A DNA stretch of 26,544 nt from an uncultured virus (IMG/VR IMGVR_UViG_3300025256_000001) (Duplodnaviria > Heunggongvirae > Uroviricota > Caudoviricetes), in the IMG/VR virus record IMGVR_UViG_3300025256_000001; one strand, written 5' to 3'. Both the position numbers and the translations under genes were made by a program. Under the pieces are notes generated by a model that ran no database searches, was not told the origin of the DNA, and saw nothing but the letters and a program-made list of their open reading frames with translations. Of this stretch, positions 1 through 6,864 are shown piece after piece (positions within the stretch are counted from its first letter, which is position 1; each line of letters begins with the position of its first letter).

Positions 1-82
1 GATTTAGCTCCTCGGTGATGGCCTCAATGGTCAAACCAAGTTGCTTGCGGCGTGCAGTTATGTTCTGGGAAAAAACGCTCAT
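1..82 (-). CDS. N-terminus of a phage CI-like HTH repressor (runs off the window)
   Basis: Manual translation from ATG at 82: MSVFSQNITARRKQLGLTIEAITEELN, the typical helix 1-2 of an XRE HTH. Divergent from the cro-like gene. Confidence 0.75.
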   Translation of the reverse strand, partial: MSVFSQNITARRKQLGLTIEAITEELN

Positions 83-143
83 CTGTTGAGACGCCTTACG
101 GCTCAAGGTTTTAGGAAGGTCGGGTAAAGGGTAGGCCGGGTGC

Positions 144-194
144 TTGCAAAGCGCCTATGCGAAATGCATACTCATTCACAATGCAAAACGCATA
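144..194 (+). promoter_or_regulatory. PR-like promoter with two operator palindromes
   Basis: TTGCAA (144-149), 17 bp, CATACT (167-172). Operators TATGC-GAAAT-GCATA (156-170) and AATGC-AAAAC-GCATA (180-194). Confidence 0.7.
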
Positions 195-202
195 GGTCAT
201 TC

Positions 203-463
203 ATGGAAGCTCGCACCATCTGGAACGCGTACGTGGATCGGATTGGCGGCCCCGCGGCCGTGGCGTCCCATCTTGGCATTCCCTATCCGACCATCGCTGC
301 CGTCTGCAATGGCCAGCGGGGCATTGGCCGCGACCTGGCGGCCCGGATGGAAAAGGCTGATCCCAGTCTCGACGCGCGCACGCTGATCTGGGTGCGTCCG
401 ATCAAGCGACAGCATGACGCGATGAGCGAGAGCGCGGGCGCGGTTCGTAAAAAAGCGGCTTGA
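203..463 (+). CDS. Cro-like HTH regulator
   Basis: 86 aa from ATG 203; IGGPAAVASHLGIPYPTIAAVCNGQRGIG HTH; divergent from cI. Confidence 0.8.
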   Translation: MEARTIWNAYVDRIGGPAAVASHLGIPYPTIAAVCNGQRGIGRDLAARMEKADPSLDARTLIWVRPIKRQHDAMSESAGAVRKKAA

Positions 464-470
464 TTTCATC

Positions 471-500
471 GGCTCGGGCCTTTGGTTCCGGGCCTTTTTT
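471..500 (+). terminator. Intrinsic terminator after cro (tR1 position)
   Basis: GGCTCGG...CCGGGCC stem followed by T6. Confidence 0.65.
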
Positions 501-534
501 GTATCCCCAACCCACAGGAAAGAGTAGGCAACCA

Positions 535-900
535 ATGGAAAGCAACGGCAACGATGTGCAAGGCGCATTAGGGCTTGAGCAGTTCTGGGCACGTAAGCCA
601 AAGGATGCGCCGGTGAAGCTGGTGCGCAGCATCGACAGCGAATCTCAAGCGGTCGCGGTGGCCATTGCGGCCAGCGGTTTCAAGCTTGCGTATCTCGCTC
701 AGGTGATGGGCAAGTCGGAGGGCTACATCAGCCGTATCCGATCGGGCAAGCGTCCGGTGCCAGACAAATTCATTCGACCTTTCTGCCGTGCGGTGGGCAA
801 TCGGCTGCTCGAACAGTACGTGGATATGCGCAAGGCGCTTGATCCGCAACCTCGCGACGAGATTGCGCGGCTCGCCGGCATGTTGCGGGAAGCGGCGTGA
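535..900 (+). CDS. CII-position HTH transcriptional regulator
   Basis: ATG 535; HTH-like LAYLAQVMGKSEGYISRIRSGKR; follows cro and its terminator. Confidence 0.7.
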   Translation: MESNGNDVQGALGLEQFWARKPKDAPVKLVRSIDSESQAVAVAIAASGFKLAYLAQVMGKSEGYISRIRSGKRPVPDKFIRPFCRAVGNRLLEQYVDMRKALDPQPRDEIARLAGMLREAA

Positions 901-1235
901 ACGTGATCGACAACGGCCACCACGATGCGTTGCCATTCGATCTTGGCAACTGGCGTGCTGTGGCCGTCGCAGCAAAACGACACATCGAAGCGGTCATGGG
1001 CCGCGAACTGACAAACGTGGAGGGTATGGCAATGGCTGATGACGCGGATTTCGCGGGGAACGTAGAGCAGATGCAGCGCGACGCAGCGCTGCGCAATCAC
1101 GCCAGCCGAGTGCGCATCGTGCCGATGTGCGAGTACTGCGAGGAAAAGCCCGTGCACGTCGCGGGCAACGGCGTTCAGTGGCGTTTCTGCAGCGAATGCG
1201 GGCAGGAACACTTGCAACGGAACAAGGCGGCGTGA
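897..1235 (+). CDS. TraR/DksA-like C4 zinc-finger protein (alternative start at 1032)
   Basis: MADDADFA (DxxDxA) begins at ATG 1032 behind GGAGG; CEYC...CSEC. GTG 897 overlaps the upstream TGA. Confidence 0.7.
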   Translation: MNVIDNGHHDALPFDLGNWRAVAVAAKRHIEAVMGRELTNVEGMAMADDADFAGNVEQMQRDAALRNHASRVRIVPMCEYCEEKPVHVAGNGVQWRFCSECGQEHLQRNKAA

Positions 1236-1240
1236 TGTTT

Positions 1241-1894
1241 TTACCGTCCTCGACGCTTGCGAAAATCTGCAACCTGCTGCGGCAAGGTAAAGGCGTAAAT
1301 GAGGAACATCTCGGTGAAATGCGCAACATCCATCGCGTCCTGTTGGCTGATGTCTGCCAATTCGTGCATTTCGTTTCCGACGACACGGATGTTTTCGGCC
1401 CAGTTCATCATCGCGGCTGGGATACCTATGCGGTTTTGAAGCTCTTTAAGGCGCTTTTCAAGCTTGAAGGGCATATCTCCCTGCGGCTCGCCCCAAAGGA
1501 CTTTAGTCGCCCGATCGAGGGCGGTGCGAAAAGAGCTTGCTGCAAGCGTCCACTTCTTGGACTCGAGCACGTCAAGTCCATCAACAAATGCATTTGCAAC
1601 TGGGTCTGGAACATTCTGTGGTGCGACGTTTTGCGACACTTCCGGAATAATCGTCTCAAGCGTTACGTAGCCACCATGGTTGCCAATGTCGCCTTGCATA
1701 GGGCTATCGGGGCCGAGAGGTACATATGCCACGGCGTTAAGAACAGCAATCGAGTGTTTCCCGCAGTGAGTGCACCTTATCGCTGCCTCGCGAGTGCGCC
1801 TTCCTTCGATCCTAAGTGGCTCGTCCCCGTATACGATCTGATGAATAGATTTTGCGTGCGAGCAACGCGCGCAAGGCGCAGAAATAGTAAGCAT
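1241..1894 (-). CDS. DUF4145 (HEPN-like) protein with an N-terminal zinc ribbon; antisense moron
   Basis: CARC...CTHC, then FRTALDRA...LEKRLKEL...IRVVGNEMH pattern of DUF4145. Lower GC than its flanks; ATG 1894 behind CAGGGA. Confidence 0.75.
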   Translation of the reverse strand: MLTISAPCARCSHAKSIHQIVYGDEPLRIEGRRTREAAIRCTHCGKHSIAVLNAVAYVPLGPDSPMQGDIGNHGGYVTLETIIPEVSQNVAPQNVPDPVANAFVDGLDVLESKKWTLAASSFRTALDRATKVLWGEPQGDMPFKLEKRLKELQNRIGIPAAMMNWAENIRVVGNEMHELADISQQDAMDVAHFTEMFLIYAFTLPQQVADFRKRRGR

Positions 1895-1965
1895 GGCCGT
1901 CAGTCCCTGTTCCAACCCTGGGCACTGATATTAGGCGATAGGGGCGCTAACTACGAGGCCCTGGC

Positions 1966-4362
1966 ATGACAACTGCCGAGCACGCAGCGCGATACATCGC
2001 CTTAGGATGGGGCCTTTGCTCCATTCCGCCCGGCACGAAGGGGCCCACCGATGTCGGCTGGAACAATCCGGCCAACATCATCAAAACGCCGTGGCAAGCG
2101 CAGGCAATATGTGGCGCCAGACCGGCACACGGTATCGGCATTGTCCATTCGGCGAGTGGAACGTGCGCCGTTGACGTCGACCACCTCGAATACTTCCGGG
2201 ACTGCCTGGCGGAATTGGGGACCGATCCTGATACGCTGTTCGCCGGTGCGCCGCGGATCATTGGCAAAGAGGGCCGCGACAAAGCCATCTTTCGCTTGCC
2301 GCCGGGCGAGTTCAAAACGCACAAGCTGGTGTGGCCACCACGCGCGCAGGGCGAAAAGCCGGTCACGATCTTCGAGCTGCGCGCCGGCATCGTGCAGGAC
2401 GTGTTGCCGCCGTCCGTCCATCCGGACACAAAACAGCCGTACCGGTGGCGCGACGGCTGCTCCCCGTGGGATCACGGCATTCCCACGTTGCCGCCGGCGC
2501 TCATCGCGATGTGGCGCGACTGGGATAACTTCAAGCCGCAGATGATGGCGGTGTGCCCGTGGTTCGAGCAGAAGGCCCCGGCGCCGAAGCCACGCGCGCG
2601 CTCTACCGGAGAGCACTCCAACGTCATCGGCCAATTCAACGACGCGCACGACATCGTGACGATGCTCGAAGCGCACGGCTACAAGCAGCGCGGTAAGCGA
2701 TGGCTTTCGCCGACGTCGAGCAGCGGTCTGGCCGGTGTGACCGTATTTGAAGACGGCACGCACTGCTTCAGCCACCACGCGAGTGATCCGCTCAACGACG
2801 GGCACGCACACGACGCGTTCTCGGTCTTTTGCCTGCTCGACCACCACGGCGATGTTACGGCAGCCATTCGCGCCGCGGCAAAGTTGCTCGGGTTGTCCGA
2901 AGCGTGGCCGCCGGAGCCGATCCCGGCGCCTGCGCCGTCCGTCGAATTTATCGAGCGCAGCCGCAAGGCGCAGCCGGCGAATCAAGTGCCCGAGGCAGTC
3001 CACGTGCCGCCGGCAAGCTCCGTCGTCGAGCGCATCGAAGCGTCGGGCGTGCCATCCGAGCTGCTGCGCGTGCCCGGCGTGCTGGGCGAAGTGGTGGAGC
3101 TGGCAAATCGCACCGCGCCATACCCTCAGCCTATTCTCGCCGTCCAGACTGCGCTTGCGCTTGGCTCCGTGGTGCTAGGCCGCCGTTACTGCAGCACCAA
3201 GAACAACCGCACCAGCCTGTATTTCGTCAACGTGGCCAAGTCGGGCATGGGCAAGAACCATGCGCGCGATGTGATTGAACGGATTCTCGAATCGGCTGGG
3301 GAAGATGTTCTGATCGGCCCACCGTCGTACACCAGCCCGCCAGCAATCCTATCCGCGCTCCTGCGCCAACCGTGCTGCATCAGCATCATGGACGAGTTCG
3401 GCGACATGCTCGGGTATGCGTCAGCGAAGGGCAACCATCAGAAGGCAGCCACGCTGTCGACGCTGAAGGAGCTGTGGGGCAACCTCCACGGCACGCAGCG
3501 GCCCGACCAGTACAGCGAGATGGGCCTGAGCAAGAAAGATCGCGAGTCGCGCGCGAACGAAGCGCGGTATGTGCGCAACCCGGCGCTGTCCGTGCTGGGG
3601 ATGACGACGCCGGGCAAGTTCTACGGCAGCTTGAACAAGGACGCCATTGAGGGCGGCTTTTTGAACCGCCTGATCATCGCCGAGTCTACCGCGCAGCGAA
3701 CGTTGCCGCGCGACGCCGAGCCGCTCGACATTCCGGAATCCATCACGGCCTGGTGCAAGGCGGCGCGCGCGGATCGCGGCGGCGGCAACCTGACCGGCGT
3801 CGAGTCGGCGACCATGGAACCGCAGACCGTTCGCGTGGAATACACCCGCGATGCGGAGGCGATCTTGCACGCGTATTCGGTGAAGCTGGTCGCCGACCAG
3901 AATGCGCTTGAGAAGGAGAGCGAAGGGCTTGCCGACTTGGTGAGCCGCTCGCGAGAGAAGGCGATGCGGCTGGCGGTCATCCTGGCCGCGTCCGTCAATG
4001 TGGACCGGCCGTTGATCACCCCCGAGTGCATGCAGTGGTCCGTCGCCTATGCCCAATGGACGACGGAGCAGACGCTGGAGGCCGTGCAGAAGCACATGGC
4101 CAGCGGACCCTTCGGCGAGCTGTACGCAACGATCCTGGAGCTGTTCAAGAAGTCGGACGCGCGCGGGCTTGCTGATCGCGAGCTGTCGCAGCGGTCGCGT
4201 TCGTGGCGCCAGACAGAACCTCGCCTGCGCGAGCAGGTGCTGAAAGCGCTTGTCACGGACGGGCACATCTCGCTCGCCGAGTTCCCCAAGCCCGAGCGCG
4301 GTCCGGCGCGTAGGGCGTGGGTTTGGTCCGGCCTCTGTCTACAAGTTTCCGACGCGGCGTAG
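1966..4362 (+). CDS. Bifunctional primase-polymerase (Prim-Pol) fused to a DUF3987-type P-loop helicase domain
   Basis: N-terminal WGLCSIPPGTKGP...GIGIVH...AVDVD...DVLPPSVHP; C-terminal AKSGMGKN (Walker A), IMDEFG (Walker B), GFLNR. Confidence 0.85.
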   Translation: MTTAEHAARYIALGWGLCSIPPGTKGPTDVGWNNPANIIKTPWQAQAICGARPAHGIGIVHSASGTCAVDVDHLEYFRDCLAELGTDPDTLFAGAPRIIGKEGRDKAIFRLPPGEFKTHKLVWPPRAQGEKPVTIFELRAGIVQDVLPPSVHPDTKQPYRWRDGCSPWDHGIPTLPPALIAMWRDWDNFKPQMMAVCPWFEQKAPAPKPRARSTGEHSNVIGQFNDAHDIVTMLEAHGYKQRGKRWLSPTSSSGLAGVTVFEDGTHCFSHHASDPLNDGHAHDAFSVFCLLDHHGDVTAAIRAAAKLLGLSEAWPPEPIPAPAPSVEFIERSRKAQPANQVPEAVHVPPASSVVERIEASGVPSELLRVPGVLGEVVELANRTAPYPQPILAVQTALALGSVVLGRRYCSTKNNRTSLYFVNVAKSGMGKNHARDVIERILESAGEDVLIGPPSYTSPPAILSALLRQPCCISIMDEFGDMLGYASAKGNHQKAATLSTLKELWGNLHGTQRPDQYSEMGLSKKDRESRANEARYVRNPALSVLGMTTPGKFYGSLNKDAIEGGFLNRLIIAESTAQRTLPRDAEPLDIPESITAWCKAARADRGGGNLTGVESATMEPQTVRVEYTRDAEAILHAYSVKLVADQNALEKESEGLADLVSRSREKAMRLAVILAASVNVDRPLITPECMQWSVAYAQWTTEQTLEAVQKHMASGPFGELYATILELFKKSDARGLADRELSQRSRSWRQTEPRLREQVLKALVTDGHISLAEFPKPERGPARRAWVWSGLCLQVSDAA

Positions 4363-4590
4363 GTAAGTCATTGAATCCAGGCAACTACGAAACTTGTAGA
4401 CATGTAGACGCGGGGTAACAGGGATAGCTGCCCATAGGGGGAGAAATAGAAAGGGAATGGGTAAGCGTCTACATGTCTACAAGTATTAAAAAGAGAGAGG
4501 TTTTCTTATGTATATATATATTAAAAACAGCGATTTACACCGGGCGAAAACTTGTAGACAAAAGGCGTCTACAAGTTTCTACAAGTTTGC
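4336..4590. repeat. Iteron array and AT-rich tract; probable replication origin
   Basis: TCTACAAGT core six times in both orientations (4338, 4392, 4476, 4550, 4568, 4578); perfect 20-bp inverted repeat 4392-4411/4465-4484; (TA)n tract at about 4501-4530. Confidence 0.75.
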
Positions 4591-4656
4591 GAAGTTTTCG
4601 GCGGCGGGTTTGATAGGGCCGGTGGCGCGCGCCAACCCTGCTGTGAGGGTTCGCGC

Positions 4657-4827
4657 ATGAGAATCCGGATCGTGACCGCGGCGCGCCGCCGTCCGAAAGT
4701 CGGCGACACGAAAATGATCCGCGGCATGCTGCATGTGCGGCAATGGAAGCGAGCAACGTGCGGCCCGCACCGCGGAGCGCTGATCGTCTCCAGTGGCCGG
4801 CCGGTGTTCGAATGGGTGCCGGCATGA
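4657..4827 (+). CDS. Small basic hypothetical protein (56 aa, below the ORF-track cutoff)
   Basis: MRIRIVTAARRRPKVGDTKMIRG...FEWVPA; GAGGG upstream; ATGA overlap with VRR-NUC. Confidence 0.6.
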   Translation: MRIRIVTAARRRPKVGDTKMIRGMLHVRQWKRATCGPHRGALIVSSGRPVFEWVPA

Positions 4828-5225
4828 CCGCCTCCGTCGTCGCCGAAGACTTCGAGCAGGAGCTGGTGATCCGCTGGTCAATCGGCCAGGCCGAGACGTG
4901 GCCCGAGTTGGAGCTGCTCCACGCAATCCCGAACGGCGGCTTTCGCAGCAAGCGCACGGCCGCTCTGCTCAAGCGGACGGGCGTGAAGTCAGGCGTGCCT
5001 GACCTGAGCCTGCCAGTGGCGCGTGGTGGCTTCCATGGGCTCTACATCGAGATGAAGCGCACGGACGGCGGGCGGGTAAGCCAGGAGCAGAAAGCGTGGC
5101 ATATCGCGCTGCGTGCGCAGGGCTACATGGTCATTGTGTGCTGCGGGCACGAGGAAGCGATTGCAGTCATTCGTGACTACCTCGCCAGCGATGGCTGCCC
5201 CGAATTGCTCGAGGCAGCCGCGTGA
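4824..5225 (+). CDS. VRR-NUC (PD-(D/E)xK) nuclease / resolvase
   Basis: HAIPNGG...GVKSGVPDL...LYIEMK...GRVSQEQKAW. Confidence 0.9.
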   Translation: MTASVVAEDFEQELVIRWSIGQAETWPELELLHAIPNGGFRSKRTAALLKRTGVKSGVPDLSLPVARGGFHGLYIEMKRTDGGRVSQEQKAWHIALRAQGYMVIVCCGHEEAIAVIRDYLASDGCPELLEAAA

Positions 5226-5228
5226 CAT

Positions 5229-5411
5229 CTATTTATTGTCACCTGGTCGAATCGAAGTTGAGTTCTGGACTAACTCGCCGCGCACATGGCGGAAAAGATT
5301 CACCGCGAATTCTGCGGCTGCCTCCGGAGTGTGCGCGAGCTTGTACTGGCCAGACGCCAACATCCCGGCCGTGAGTTGGGCAGCAATTAGCACCCTGGTA
5401 TCTGAGTCCAT
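5229..5411 (-). CDS. Small antisense moron protein (60 aa)
   Basis: MDSDTRVLIAAQLTAGMLASG...; clear AGGAG RBS upstream of ATG 5411; fills the intergenic gap. Confidence 0.65.
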   Translation of the reverse strand: MDSDTRVLIAAQLTAGMLASGQYKLAHTPEAAAEFAVNLFRHVRGELVQNSTSIRPGDNK

Positions 5412-5477
5412 CTTGAATTCTCCTGAATTTGTAGCCCCCTGCTTGGGGCTCACACAACCTATCGTAGCGAGGTCCAA

Positions 5478-5957
5478 ATGACCACATTCGACGCCAGCAG
5501 CAAACCCAGCTTCCGCGAGCGCGTGCACGCCCTGGCCGGCCACACCACCTGGCGCGAGCCGACCGGCGCCGGCACGACGCATCTGCGCTCGATCCCATCG
5601 GACCACATGATTGCCGCTGCGCTTTCATTCGGCCGGCGCGACGCCAACGACATCGGGCCGGATATCGCCTACGACCGCGCTACCGGGCACATGGGCCACA
5701 AGAACCGCGTATGCGCGGCCCTTGGCAAGGCGATGGCCGCCGACCGCTCGCGCCTGGTGCAGCGCAACCGCGCGTATATCGGCGTGGTTGCGTGGGCGGC
5801 GTATTGCATCGTGGTCGAGCTGCCAGCCGTGCCGAAGCCGGAGGCGGTGCGCGATGGCGATTGGGCCGACCTTGTGGCCGCCGCGGCGTACATCCTCGAA
5901 ACACTGGCAGAGGACGCGCTGTCGCTGGCTGCGCGTCGCAACAAGAGGGCTGCTTAA
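5478..5957 (+). CDS. Hypothetical protein at the Q (late regulator) position
   Basis: 159 aa, GAGG RBS, phage-like codon usage; last intact early gene before the pR'-like promoter. Function inferred from position only. Confidence 0.6.
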   Translation: MTTFDASSKPSFRERVHALAGHTTWREPTGAGTTHLRSIPSDHMIAAALSFGRRDANDIGPDIAYDRATGHMGHKNRVCAALGKAMAADRSRLVQRNRAYIGVVAWAAYCIVVELPAVPKPEAVRDGDWADLVAAAAYILETLAEDALSLAARRNKRAA

Positions 5958-5968
5958 TACATATCGAA

Positions 5969-6157
5969 TTGGCGAGAGATGGAACGGTTAGCCGTGCACA
6001 AGTGTGGCTGACCGCGTGGGTTGCGGTCGCTGCATCGTCCAACTAGACGCGGCATCAGGCCGCTACGACGTGGGCCGATGAGTGTCTAAAGGCGTTTGAC
6101 GAGAGGTTTCCAGCGGCAGCGCCGATAATCGAGCCGCGGGAAGTCCTTACACGTTAG
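5969..6157 (+). pseudogene. Small phage gene interrupted by an in-frame TAG
   Basis: SRAQVWLTAWVAVAASSN*TRHQAATTWADECLKAFDERFP reads as one protein-like sequence across TAG 6044-6046; no good ATG. Confidence 0.4.
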
Positions 6158-6375
6158 CGGAGATTTCCCCCCTTCGTATTCATGAGGCCGAGCAAGCGTG
6201 TGCGCGTTGAATCGGCGTCAAGTTGGGTCTTAAATCTCAATTCAACTGGCTTTTCAACTCCAAGTATGTACACGTAGAAGAAAAGTGCTCCGCTGGTTGC
6301 GGCTGACTTTACCTGGCCAACATGCGTCACATAGTCGGTCTGAATTGCAATCTCATTCAATTCAAGCAGCGCCAT
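6154..6375 (-). CDS. Small antisense moron protein (73 aa)
   Basis: MALLELNEIAIQTDYVTHVG...; low GC; CAGGGGGG upstream of ATG 6375. Confidence 0.65.
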   Translation of the reverse strand: MALLELNEIAIQTDYVTHVGQVKSAATSGALFFYVYILGVEKPVELRFKTQLDADSTRTRLLGLMNTKGGNLR

Positions 6376-6423
6376 GATAAACCCCCCTGTTTGGTCCGCT
6401 GAGCCTATCCATCTGTTGAGCAG

Positions 6424-6451
6424 TTGACAACGTTCTGCCGTGTGGGAAAGT
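6424..6451 (+). promoter_or_regulatory. pR'-like late promoter
   Basis: Consensus TTGACA, 16 bp, weak -10 GAAAGT; followed directly by a terminator; motif repeated at 14086. Confidence 0.6.
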
Positions 6452-6468
6452 CGCATCATCGAATCACT

Positions 6469-6501
6469 GCGCCTCGCCTAACCAGCGGGGCGTCTTCTTT
6501 T
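6469..6501 (+). terminator. tR'-like intrinsic terminator
   Basis: GCGCCTCGC-CTAACCA-GCGGGGCGT then CTTCTTTT. Confidence 0.65.
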
Positions 6502-6573
6502 GGGGCGGTAGCTCAACGCAAGAGCAGCGCGCGATAGGGCGCGCCCGTGCGGGTTCAACTCCCGCTCGCCCCG
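6502..6573 (+). tRNA. Degenerate tRNA-like element (anticodon unassignable)
   Basis: Acceptor GGGGCGG/TCGCCCC, TA at 8-9, D stem GCTC/GAGC, anticodon stem GCGCG/CGCGC with 8-nt loop CGATAGGG, T arm GCGGG-TTCAACT-CCCGC. Lacks D-loop GG and U33. Confidence 0.7.
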
Positions 6574-6648
6574 CCCATCTGAGCCGCCCGTTGCCGTTGG
6601 TAACGAAGCCGTGCGCACGCACGCGGCGGACCCATTGAGGTAGACCGC

Positions 6649-6864
6649 ATGCATGCCAACTTTCCGCCGTTCACACGGCAGGCTGATGCTGCATCCGAAA
6701 GTACCTATCGCGCGGCTGATGGCGCGCGCGATTTGGTGCAGCATGCGGCGCCAAAACTCAGCGAGCGCGAAGCCAAGTTGCGCACGCTGAAGCACTACCT
6801 GTATCACGCCGGTCTGCTTTGCGACGAGCTGATTGCATCCGAGCAACAAGCGAGCAGCATCTGA
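6649..6864 (+). CDS. Hypothetical protein (71 aa)
   Basis: GAGGT RBS; TGATG overlap with the next gene. Confidence 0.6.
   Translation: MHANFPPFTRQADAASESTYRAADGARDLVQHAAPKLSEREAKLRTLKHYLYHAGLLCDELIASEQQASSI

Noticed and set aside
4336..4590. Repeats as a CRISPR array or transposon ends
   Set aside because: Units are only 9-13 bp, in mixed orientation with irregular spacing; no cas or transposase gene.
4535..4972. Minus-strand ORFs over the origin and VRR-NUC
   Set aside because: They translate the iteron repeats and overlap better-supported + strand genes.
6044..6573. Amber recoding with a suppressor tRNA
   Set aside because: The loop has no CTA anticodon, and TAG is a normal stop at 4362, 17180 and 24175.
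6574..6640. HDV-like (theta) or hammerhead ribozyme behind the tRNA-like element
   Set aside because: I could not build the nested pseudoknot or L3, and the CUGANGA/GAAA core is absent.
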